Below, piece by piece: positions 41,119 to 49,723 of a stretch of DNA of 64,000 nucleotides; the first letter of the stretch is position 1; each line of letters begins with the position of its first letter. Location: contig CAWBHS010000089.1 of NCBI GenBank assembly GCA_963788655.1, forward strand, positions 1 through 64,000. The letters run 5' to 3'. Origin of the DNA: an uncultured Verrucomicrobiae bacterium. GTDB lineage: Bacteria > Verrucomicrobiota > Verrucomicrobiia > Limisphaerales > JAFGQR01. The notes under the pieces are model-generated. The model saw nothing but the letters and a program-made list of their open reading frames with translations. It did no database searches and was not told the origin of the DNA. The translations under genes were made by a program, and so were the position numbers.

Positions 41119-42144
41119 ATGCGAACGAAATTAACCAACTGGAAAAACCAAGCGCAATTGAAGACGAGCTTGAGTCGGCAACGCAAGCGGAGCGCGACAA
41201 ACTCGACACCCGCAAAATCTTTGGACAGCGGCTTGCCTCTGACCAAGACCGCCGTTCAGCGGGGGTCTAGCTCCGTATCAACAGAGATTTCTCCGGAAGC
41301 GGAAGCCACGACAGCGCTGAGTCTCTATCTGCGAGAAATCGGCCAAGTGGATTTGCTCACCCTGGCACAGGAAAATGCCTTGGGCCGGCGCATCAAACGG
41401 GGCGACGCGAAAGCGCGTGACCAGATGATCAAAGCGAACCTTCGCCTGGTGGTTCACATCGCGCGCGACTATGAACATTGCGGACTGCCGCTGCTCGATC
41501 TGATCAACGAAGGCAACATCGGGTTGATGAAAGCCGCCGAGCGGTTTGATCCCGCCAAAGGTGCCAAGTTTTCCACCTACGCCTCGCTGTGGATCAAGCA
41601 GGCCATCCGACGGGGCCTGGCCGGCCAAGCCAAGACCATTCGCCTGCCGGTCAATGCCGTGGATACTCTATATCGCCTACGTCATACCGCCGTGCGGCTT
41701 AGCGAAGAACTGGGGCGCGATCCCAGCGACGAAGAACTGGCTCAGGAATTGGGAATATCCACTCGTCGAGTAACCGAATTGAACGTTGCTTCGTTGCCCC
41801 CGGCCTCCCTTGACGCCGCCATTGGAGACGACGACACGAGCCGGTTGATCGAAATCGTGGAGGACGAGCGCGCGGTCATGCCGAGTGCTGATCTGGAGGA
41901 CAAGAATAACCTGCAACTGGTGGCATCGCTCATCCAAACCCTGGAGCCGCGGGAGGCCACCATTCTGCGAATGCGATTTGGTTTGGACGGAGCCGCGGAG
42001 AGGACGTTGGAGGAAATCGGCAAGAAATTCGGCCTGACCCGCGAACGCATTCGCCAACTCCAAAACGAGGCGTTGCGCAAATTGCGCCGGGGCTTTGAGG
42101 ATCTGGACGTTAATCAACAGGACACCGTTGAGGTCGCCGCTTGA
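41119..42144 (+). CDS. Sigma-70 factor, RpoD/RpoS-like (regions 1.2-4, no region 1.1)
   Basis: LYLREIG, ANLRLVV, DLINEGNIGL, TLEEIG..TRERIRQL. Confidence 0.93.
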   Translation: MRTKLTNWKNQAQLKTSLSRQRKRSATNSTPAKSLDSGLPLTKTAVQRGSSSVSTEISPEAEATTALSLYLREIGQVDLLTLAQENALGRRIKRGDAKARDQMIKANLRLVVHIARDYEHCGLPLLDLINEGNIGLMKAAERFDPAKGAKFSTYASLWIKQAIRRGLAGQAKTIRLPVNAVDTLYRLRHTAVRLSEELGRDPSDEELAQELGISTRRVTELNVASLPPASLDAAIGDDDTSRLIEIVEDERAVMPSADLEDKNNLQLVASLIQTLEPREATILRMRFGLDGAAERTLEEIGKKFGLTRERIRQLQNEALRKLRRGFEDLDVNQQDTVEVAA

Positions 42145-42199
42145 AACTGACTCGGCCATAAACGCGAACACAGGTTCCTTTGAAAAACCGCATCCCATT

Positions 42200-43736
42200 A
42201 TGACCAAAGAAATCATCATCATTGGCGCCGGTCCCGGCGGACTGGCTTCGGCAGTTTTACTCGCCGCGGCGGGAGCTAAAGTCAAAGTCATCGAACGACT
42301 GCCCCAAGTGGGTGGGCGAACGTCCACCATTGAAGCTCACGGTTACAAATTCGATTTGGGCCCGACCTTCTTTCTTTATCCGCGCGTGCTTGAGGACATC
42401 TTCAAGGCGGCGGGCACCGCGCTGTCAGAGCACGTGGAACTGAAGCGCCTCGACCCACAATACCGGCTGATTTTTGGCGAGGGCGGTCAACTCGATCTGT
42501 ACCCCCCAAATCGAGCAGATGGAGCGATCCATCGCCGCCCTCGCTCCAGTTGATGCGCCGTCGTTTCGGCGGTTCATCCTCGAAAACCGCACCAAGTTGG
42601 AAAAGATGCGGCCGTGTCTCGAGACCCCGTTCCTCGGTTGGAAGGATGTGCTCAACCGCCGGATGCTGGAACTTCTGCCGGTGGTGCGGCCACACCAGTC
42701 GATGGACGACTACCTGAAGCGGTTCTTCAAGGATCCGCGCATTCGCCTGGCTTTTTCCTTTCAGTCCAAATACCTGGGCATGTCGCCGTTCCGGTGCCCG
42801 AGCCTCTTTTCGATTCTTTCCTTTCTGGAATATGAATACGGCGTGTTTCATCCGGTCGGCGGTTGCGGAGCCATTTCCCAGGCCCTGGCCGAAGTGGCCT
42901 CCAGCCTGGGGGTCGAGTTTCGCTTGGATGAACCAGTGGAGGAAATGTTGTTCGCCGGGCGCAAAGCCACGGGCGTCCGCACCCGCGCCGGTGTGCATCG
43001 GGCCGACGCGGTAATTGTGAATGCCGACTTTGCCCGGGCCATGGTGCGGATGGTGCCCAACGAATTGCGCCGCCGGTGGACCGACGAGAAAATCACCAAA
43101 AAGAAATTCTCGTGCTCGACGTTCATGATGTATCTCGGGATCGAAGGCCGCTACGAATTGCCCCATCATTCGATCTTCATATCCAAGGATTATGCCCGCA
43201 ACCTGGACGAAATTGAGAACCAGCACGTGCTGTCATCTGATCCGTCCTTCTACGTGCAAAATGCGAGCGTGACCGATTCCACGCTGGCGCCCCGGAACCA
43301 CAGCGCGCTGTATTTGCTCGCTCCCGTGACTCACCAACATCCCCACGTGGACTGGTCCCGCGAACGTGAACGCTTTCGCGGAGTGCTGCTCGAAAAAATC
43401 GCCCAAGCCGGTTTTACGGACGTTGAAGCCCGCATCCGCTACGAACGGATCATTACCCCCGCCGATTGGGACCAGCGTTACGAAATTTATCGAGGCGCCA
43501 CGTTCAACCTGGCGCACTCACTGGACCAGATGCTGCACCTTCGACCGCGCAATCGGTTCGAGGATCTCGACGGAGTTTATCTCGTTGGCGGCGGCACCCA
43601 CCCGGGGAGTGGATTGCCGGTGATTTTTGAATCCGCTCGCATTACCAGCCGGCTTTTGCTGGACGATTTGGGCGTCACGCCGACCGTGGCTCCCGTCCGG
43701 CTGGAAGCCCAGTCCACCACTCTCCAACCAGCCTGA
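42200..43736 (+). CDS. crtN: Phytoene/diapophytoene desaturase, CrtN/CrtI family (frameshift in the C run at ~42505)
   Basis: IIGAGPGG, FDLGPT, YLVGGGTHPGSGLP. Confidence 0.85.
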
Positions 43737-45256
43737 TGAGTAAAGTGCATTCCATTGGCTCCAATCCACTCGAAGCTCAGGCGTTAGCTTCGCGTGCGAT
43801 GGATTTGGAGGCGCGCGTGAAAACCGCGACTCGTGATGCCCGTCTTGCTCAAGTTCAATGGGCAGATACTTCTTTGAAACAGCGCCTCAAATTGCTTCGG
43901 CGGTTGCGTCATTTGCTGGTGGAACGTGCGAGCGAATTGGCGGCGGTGATCGGTGGTCCGCGCCACCGTCCGCTGGCAGAGACCCTCACCGCGGAAGTCA
44001 TTCCCTTGGTGGAAGCCTGTCGGTTTTTGGAGCGTGAAGCGGCAGCCATCCTGGCGCCTCGTCGAATTGGCCAACGTCATCGTCCGCTGTGGTTGACCGG
44101 AGTTTGGTCCGAGGTTCAGCGGGAAGCCTTGGGCGTGCTGCTCAAGGTGGCACCGTTCAATTATCCGCTTTTCATTCCCGGCGTTGTGACCTTGCAGGCT
44201 CTCGCTGCCGGCAATGCCATCCTGATCAAACCGGGGCATCAGGGCATGGCGGCAGCGAATGCATTGGCGCAACTCGTGAACGCCGCGGGAATCGATGGTC
44301 GATTGTGCCGCGTGCTGCCCGAACACCCGGACTCGGTGCGTTGCGCGGTCGAAGCCGGCGTGGCCAAAGTGTTTGTTACGGGCTCGGCTGCCACCGGCCG
44401 GGCGATTCAAGCAATGCTCGCCGAACATGTCGTGCCTTCCACTTTGGAACTTTCGGGCTGTGATTCCGTCCTCGTGCGCCGCGACGCCAATCTCGACCTG
44501 GTGGCGCAAGGTTTGGCTTTTGGCCTGCGACTGAATGCGGGCGCCACCTGTGTGGCCCCGCGACGCGTTTTCGTGCATACCTCGCGGGCCACGGAACTGG
44601 AAGGGCGGCTCGCTCAATTGCTCGCGGACGAAGCTCCGATTCCAATTCCTTGTCCGATGGCCCAGCGGCTCGTTTCCCTGTTGCGGGCGGCCTTGGCCGA
44701 AGGCGCTCATCTCGTGAGCGGGACGATTGGCGACGACGGTTCGGCGATCGGTCCGCAGGTTCTGGCGGGCGCCCAACCCGGGATGCAACTTCTCCGGGAG
44801 GATGTGTTGGCTCCGGTGCTGGCATTGGTATCGACCACCAATGATACCGAGGCGGTGGCGATGGCTAATGACTGTCCGTATGCCTTGGGAGCTACAATTT
44901 TCAGTGAGGACAAAAGATCTGCCGCCGAGTTGGCGGGGCAAATGCACGCGGGCGTGGTGGTGGTGAACGATGTGATCGTGCCCACGGCCGATCCTCGAGT
45001 GCCCTTTGGGGGACGTAAGCATAGTGGCTTTGGCGTGACCCGCGGCGCCGAAGGGCTTTTGGAAATGACGACGCCCAAAGTCATCACGATCCGGCGCGGT
45101 TCCTGGCGGCCGCACTTTGCGAAACCGGCTCCGGGCGATGAAGTTGTCTTTGCTGATTATCTCACCTTGGCTCACGGCGGTAGTCCCCGGAAACGGGTGC
45201 GCGCACTTCTCAACTTATTGCGGCGCCTTAGCAACAAAAACCACAGAACTTCCTGA
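43736..45256 (+). CDS. Aldehyde dehydrogenase, probably diapocarotenoid-aldehyde dehydrogenase (AldH/CrtNc-like)
   Basis: PFNYP, TGS..TG, LELSG, ATCVAP, PFGG.K.SGFG; crt context. Confidence 0.85.
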   Translation: MSKVHSIGSNPLEAQALASRAMDLEARVKTATRDARLAQVQWADTSLKQRLKLLRRLRHLLVERASELAAVIGGPRHRPLAETLTAEVIPLVEACRFLEREAAAILAPRRIGQRHRPLWLTGVWSEVQREALGVLLKVAPFNYPLFIPGVVTLQALAAGNAILIKPGHQGMAAANALAQLVNAAGIDGRLCRVLPEHPDSVRCAVEAGVAKVFVTGSAATGRAIQAMLAEHVVPSTLELSGCDSVLVRRDANLDLVAQGLAFGLRLNAGATCVAPRRVFVHTSRATELEGRLAQLLADEAPIPIPCPMAQRLVSLLRAALAEGAHLVSGTIGDDGSAIGPQVLAGAQPGMQLLREDVLAPVLALVSTTNDTEAVAMANDCPYALGATIFSEDKRSAAELAGQMHAGVVVVNDVIVPTADPRVPFGGRKHSGFGVTRGAEGLLEMTTPKVITIRRGSWRPHFAKPAPGDEVVFADYLTLAHGGSPRKRVRALLNLLRRLSNKNHRTS

Positions 45257-45271
45257 ACGAAAAACAACATT

Positions 45272-46840
45272 ATGACGGCAGAACTTTCACAAAAGATCGG
45301 GGTCATCGGCGGTGGGCTCGGCGGATTAGCGGCCGCCTGCACTTTGGCGGCCCGGGGTCACGAAGTGGTCCTGTTTGAAATGAATTCCTGGCTCGGCGGC
45401 AAAGCCGCTTTGTGGGAAGCGGACGGATTCCGCTTCGACATGGGACCGACCATTCTAACGCTACCGTCAGTGTTGCGACGCATTTTTGCGGAAGCCAACG
45501 AATCCATGCGCGACTACCTCGAACTGATTCCGCTTGATCCGCAGTGGCGCAGCTTTTTCGAGGACGGCTCCACCCTGGACCTGGTGGCGGACGTTCGCGA
45601 GATGGGTACCGCGCTCGATGCATTTTCGCCGGGCAAATCCTTAAGTGCCCGTTACACCCGGTTCATGGCGCTGGCCAAAAAACTGCACGACCTCTCGAAT
45701 CGCTATTTCTTCTATCGTTCGATTGGTGGCCTGCGGGACATGTACAACGCCCGGGCCACGTTTCGGGCCGGCACGTTGCGGGATGTGTTGACCATGCGCA
45801 TGGGCGGCACGGTTGCCGGCACGATCCGTTCCTTCATTCCCGACGCCCGCGTCGCGCAGATGCTCGATCATTTTACCCAGTACGTTGGTTCTGCTCCGGA
45901 CGCTTCGCCGGCGGTTCTCTGTGGCATTGCCGATATGCAGACGGCGGAAGGCGTTTGGTATCCGCGGGGCGGCACTCGGGCTGTGCCCGACGCGCTTGGC
46001 AAACTGGCGGTCAACCTCGGTGTGCATATCCGCACCCGGACGCCCATCGCGCGCATTCTAACCGCCAATGGGCGGGTGAGCGGAGTGGAAACGGCCAACG
46101 GAGAAACCATTCCACTTGCGGCGGTGGTTTCGAATAGCGACTCGGTGCGCACCCATCGCGAACTGCTGACGGGAGACGTTGCGCAGCGTTTCCTCAACCG
46201 TCGTCCGTACGAACCCGCCTGTTCCGGGGTGGTGTTGTACTTGGGATTGAACCGTCGGTATGAACAATTGCGGCACCACAATTTTGTGTTCTCCCAATCG
46301 CCGGAGGAAGAGTTTGATTACATCTATCGCCGCGGCGAACCGGCGCCCGATCCCACCTGTTATGTGTGCGCGCCGGCGCAGACCGAACCCGAGGTGGCGC
46401 CGCCCGGAGGCGAAGCTTTGTATGTGCTGGTCCACACCCCGTATTTGCGGCCGCACCACGAATGGCCGCGAATGCTGCCGGCCTACCGCCGCACCATTTT
46501 GGAAAAACTTAAACGGACCGCCGGTTTACGGGATATCGAGCAGCGCATCGTTACCGAAAAGGTGTTGACGCCGCAGGACATTCACGAGCGCTACCACGTG
46601 TTGAATGGCGCGATCTATGGCTTGGCGAGTCACGGGCGTTTCCTGGGCGCCTTCAAACCGGCCAATCGCAGTCCCGATCTGCGGGGATTGTATCTGGCCG
46701 GCGGTTCGGCCCATCCCGGCCCCGGCATGCCGATGGTGATGATGTCGGGTTGGATCGCTGCCGACGCGTTGGATCAGGATGGGGTGGCCACGCCGTCACG
46801 ACAATCGTCGCCCCGAACCACTGAAATGGTGGCTGCATAA
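45272..46840 (+). CDS. crtP: Diapocarotenoid oxygenase, CrtP/CrtNb family
   Basis: IGGGLGG, FDMGPTILT, HFTQYVGS, GAIYG, HPGPGMPMV. Confidence 0.8.
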   Translation: MTAELSQKIGVIGGGLGGLAAACTLAARGHEVVLFEMNSWLGGKAALWEADGFRFDMGPTILTLPSVLRRIFAEANESMRDYLELIPLDPQWRSFFEDGSTLDLVADVREMGTALDAFSPGKSLSARYTRFMALAKKLHDLSNRYFFYRSIGGLRDMYNARATFRAGTLRDVLTMRMGGTVAGTIRSFIPDARVAQMLDHFTQYVGSAPDASPAVLCGIADMQTAEGVWYPRGGTRAVPDALGKLAVNLGVHIRTRTPIARILTANGRVSGVETANGETIPLAAVVSNSDSVRTHRELLTGDVAQRFLNRRPYEPACSGVVLYLGLNRRYEQLRHHNFVFSQSPEEEFDYIYRRGEPAPDPTCYVCAPAQTEPEVAPPGGEALYVLVHTPYLRPHHEWPRMLPAYRRTILEKLKRTAGLRDIEQRIVTEKVLTPQDIHERYHVLNGAIYGLASHGRFLGAFKPANRSPDLRGLYLAGGSAHPGPGMPMVMMSGWIAADALDQDGVATPSRQSSPRTTEMVAA

Positions 46841-46851
46841 AATCTCTAGCG

Positions 46852-47739
46852 ATGCCCCCTTCGCAACTCCAGATCAATTCGGGCACAGCCGGAGCGTTGC
46901 GCGCGCGGCCACTGGTCCCATTTGCTACGACCAGGCCCATAGGACGTTCGAGCGCGACCTTGGCTGTGCCTTCAGTTTCCCCCTGGTTATTCAAGGGCTT
47001 TGCCCTTTATGCCCGCGCTTACATCAAAAAGCATTTTCACGCGCTTCGGCTTTGTCGTGCGGGGCAACCGCCCGCGGAGGACGACGCGCCGCTGGTGGTG
47101 TATGCGAATCATGCCTCCTGGTGGGATCCGCTGGTGGGCCTGGTGCTCGGGCAAACGTTCTTTCCCCGGCGCAACCTGTTCGCCCCCATGGCGGCTGAGT
47201 CTCTGGAAAAGTATCGAATGTTGGCCCGGTTGGGCTTCTTCGGCGTTGAACAGAACTCCGTCCGCGGGGCGGCCACGTTCCTGCGAACCAGTCTAAAGAT
47301 TCTTCGCTGGCCGAGTGCGTCGCTCTGGATCACCCCGCAGGGCCAATTCGGCGATCCGCGCGACCGACCGATCCGCTTCAAGCCGGGGCTTGGACAACTG
47401 GCGCAGCGGGTGAATCGCGCGCTCTTCGTCCCGTTGGCCATCGAGTATCCCTTTTGGGAAGAGCGCACTCCCGAAGTCTTGGCTGCTTTTGGCGAACCGG
47501 TGCTCGTCGAAGCCTCCCATATCCGACGCGCGGATGCCAAATACTGGACCGCGCTCTTTGAGCAGAAATTATCAGCCACGCTGGATCGGCTGGCGCGGGC
47601 ATCGCAACGCCGCATTCCGGAGGAATTTACGACGATACTGCGCGGACGAGCCGGGGTGGGCCTTCTTTACGATGGGTGGCGCAAGCTGCGCGCACGATTG
47701 CGCGGAGAAACATTCGCCAATGAACACGGCGCCAAATGA
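46852..47739 (+). CDS. PlsC-type acyltransferase, probable carotenoid glycoside acyltransferase
   Basis: NHASWWD (HxxxxD), WITPQG. Confidence 0.8.
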   Translation: MPPSQLQINSGTAGALRARPLVPFATTRPIGRSSATLAVPSVSPWLFKGFALYARAYIKKHFHALRLCRAGQPPAEDDAPLVVYANHASWWDPLVGLVLGQTFFPRRNLFAPMAAESLEKYRMLARLGFFGVEQNSVRGAATFLRTSLKILRWPSASLWITPQGQFGDPRDRPIRFKPGLGQLAQRVNRALFVPLAIEYPFWEERTPEVLAAFGEPVLVEASHIRRADAKYWTALFEQKLSATLDRLARASQRRIPEEFTTILRGRAGVGLLYDGWRKLRARLRGETFANEHGAK

Positions 47740-48974
47740 ATCTCAACACGCTCTCTTTGATTGCCCTGGTTTTGGCGGGGATTCCCTGCCTGCTGTTCCT
47801 CGTGAATCTGCTGGCCTATCGCCAACCGGCCGGCGGCGTTGGAGTATTGCTGCCAAACGCGATTTTGAAACCGCGCTTTCATGTATCCGAAACCAGCGCG
47901 CCGGTCATCGTGCCGCAATCCATTTCCGTGCTCATTCCCGCGCGCAATGAAGAAACGAATATTCGCGCCACGCTGGCGGCGGTGCTTGCCAATCGCGGCG
48001 TCGAGTTCGAGGTCATCGTGATGGATGATCATTCGACCGATCTAACCGCGTCAATTGTCGCTGAGATTGCCGCGCGCGATGAGCGGGTGTTGCTCGTTCC
48101 GGCTCCGGAGTTGCCCGCTGGCTGGTGCGGCAAACCGCACGCCTGCTGGCAATTGGCGAAACATGCGCGGCACGGTCTATTCCTGTTTATCGACGCTGAT
48201 GTGCGCCTGGCTCCCGATGCCCTGGCACGCATGAGTTCGTTCATGAATACTGGCCGGGCCGACCTGGTCAGCGGCGTGCCGCGCCAGGAACTGGGAACAT
48301 TTTCTGAACGCTTGCTGCTGCCTCTGATTCACTTTCTTTTGCTCGGGTACCTGCCGATGCATTTCATGCGCTGGTCCAAATCCACCGGCTTCGGGACCGG
48401 CTGTGGCCAACTCTTCCTGGCCCGGGCCGAAGCCTATCGCCACTGTGGAGGTCACTCGACGGTGCGCGGGACGTTGCACGACGGGTTAAAGTTGCCGAAG
48501 GCGTTTCGTCGCGCCGGTTTTCGCACCGACTTGTTCGATGCCACTCCTCTGGCCGGCTGCCGGATGTATCGCCGCAATGCCGAGGTCTGGCAAGGTTTGG
48601 CCAAGAACGCCACCGAAGGGCTGGCCGCACCAGCGACAATTGCTCCGATGACCTTACTGCTGCTGGGAGGACAAGTGTTGCCGTTTTCATTGCTGGGGAT
48701 GGCGCCGTTTCTATCACCGGTAGCGTTGCTCATGGCGGTCACGGCGGCCCTGAGTTCGCTGTTGCCTCGTCTGATCGCCGTGCCGAAATTCAAACAACCC
48801 ATTGGCAGCGCACTGCTGCATCCCTTCGCCATTCTGGCCTTGCTGATCATTCAGTGGACCGCCTTCATCCGCTGGCTGGCCGGGAAACCGGCCACTTGGA
48901 AGGGGCGCGATTACTGTCCCTCGTTGCCGGTTGTTCACCTGACAAAGTCCATTCCGAAACCACGAAAAGCCTGA
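47736..48974 (+). CDS. crtQ: GT2 glycosyltransferase, CrtQ-like
   Basis: IPARNEE, DDHSTD, GWCGKPHAC, FIDADV, CRMY. Confidence 0.8.
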   Translation: MNLNTLSLIALVLAGIPCLLFLVNLLAYRQPAGGVGVLLPNAILKPRFHVSETSAPVIVPQSISVLIPARNEETNIRATLAAVLANRGVEFEVIVMDDHSTDLTASIVAEIAARDERVLLVPAPELPAGWCGKPHACWQLAKHARHGLFLFIDADVRLAPDALARMSSFMNTGRADLVSGVPRQELGTFSERLLLPLIHFLLLGYLPMHFMRWSKSTGFGTGCGQLFLARAEAYRHCGGHSTVRGTLHDGLKLPKAFRRAGFRTDLFDATPLAGCRMYRRNAEVWQGLAKNATEGLAAPATIAPMTLLLLGGQVLPFSLLGMAPFLSPVALLMAVTAALSSLLPRLIAVPKFKQPIGSALLHPFAILALLIIQWTAFIRWLAGKPATWKGRDYCPSLPVVHLTKSIPKPRKA

Positions 48975-48988
48975 TTACACCTTGTTCC

Positions 48989-49558
48989 ATGAATTACCTT
49001 TTACGCTTGCTAAAACTTCGTTCAGCTTCGATGACTGGGATGTGCTTACTGCACTTTCTCGGATGCGCAGCCTTTGCCGGCCAAGCCAAACCACCTCCGG
49101 CCGACACGACGGCGGCGCACCCGACCAAAGTCGCTCCGTTCGCCCTGGCTGACCAATACGATCATGTTCACCGGTTCACGCTGCCACTGGCGAAAATTAC
49201 CGTGCTGACGGTGGCCGACAAGAAGGGTTCCCGTCACATCGAAGAGTGGGTGCATCCGCTCAAGCAGCGCTACAACCTGCGAATTGACATTGTGGGCGTG
49301 GCCGACCTCCGAGGAGTGCCGGGCCTGTTTCATGGCCGGGTGGTGAAGTCGTTCAAGCAGAGCCAGCGCTACCCAGTGATGTTGGATTGGAAGGGGGAAG
49401 TCGCCGAACAACTCGATTGTGCCAAAGGTCAGGCGAATGTCTTCGTGCTGGATCGTCAGGGACGCATCGTAGCCCGAAGGGCTGGCCCCGCAACTCCAGA
49501 CTCGCTGAAGGAACTTTTCAGCGCCATTGACCGATCAGTGGTTCCGGAGACCCCATGA
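48989..49558 (+). CDS. Exported thioredoxin-fold (redoxin-like) protein without CxxC
   Basis: F.L.DQYD, VMLDWKG, FVLDRQGRIV. Confidence 0.65.
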   Translation: MNYLLRLLKLRSASMTGMCLLHFLGCAAFAGQAKPPPADTTAAHPTKVAPFALADQYDHVHRFTLPLAKITVLTVADKKGSRHIEEWVHPLKQRYNLRIDIVGVADLRGVPGLFHGRVVKSFKQSQRYPVMLDWKGEVAEQLDCAKGQANVFVLDRQGRIVARRAGPATPDSLKELFSAIDRSVVPETP

Positions 49559-49723
49559 AGCTGATTTCGTCCACGTAGCGCAAGCAAGGGAGCCCTGCGC
49601 TACCAACACAATCAAGACGCACGGCTCGGGGCTGTAGCTCCAAAAAAATGCGGGACATTCGGGGTAATTTATGATACGCATTACCTCGTAACCCGTTTTA
49701 TTGGCGAAAGTGAAGTTCAATCT

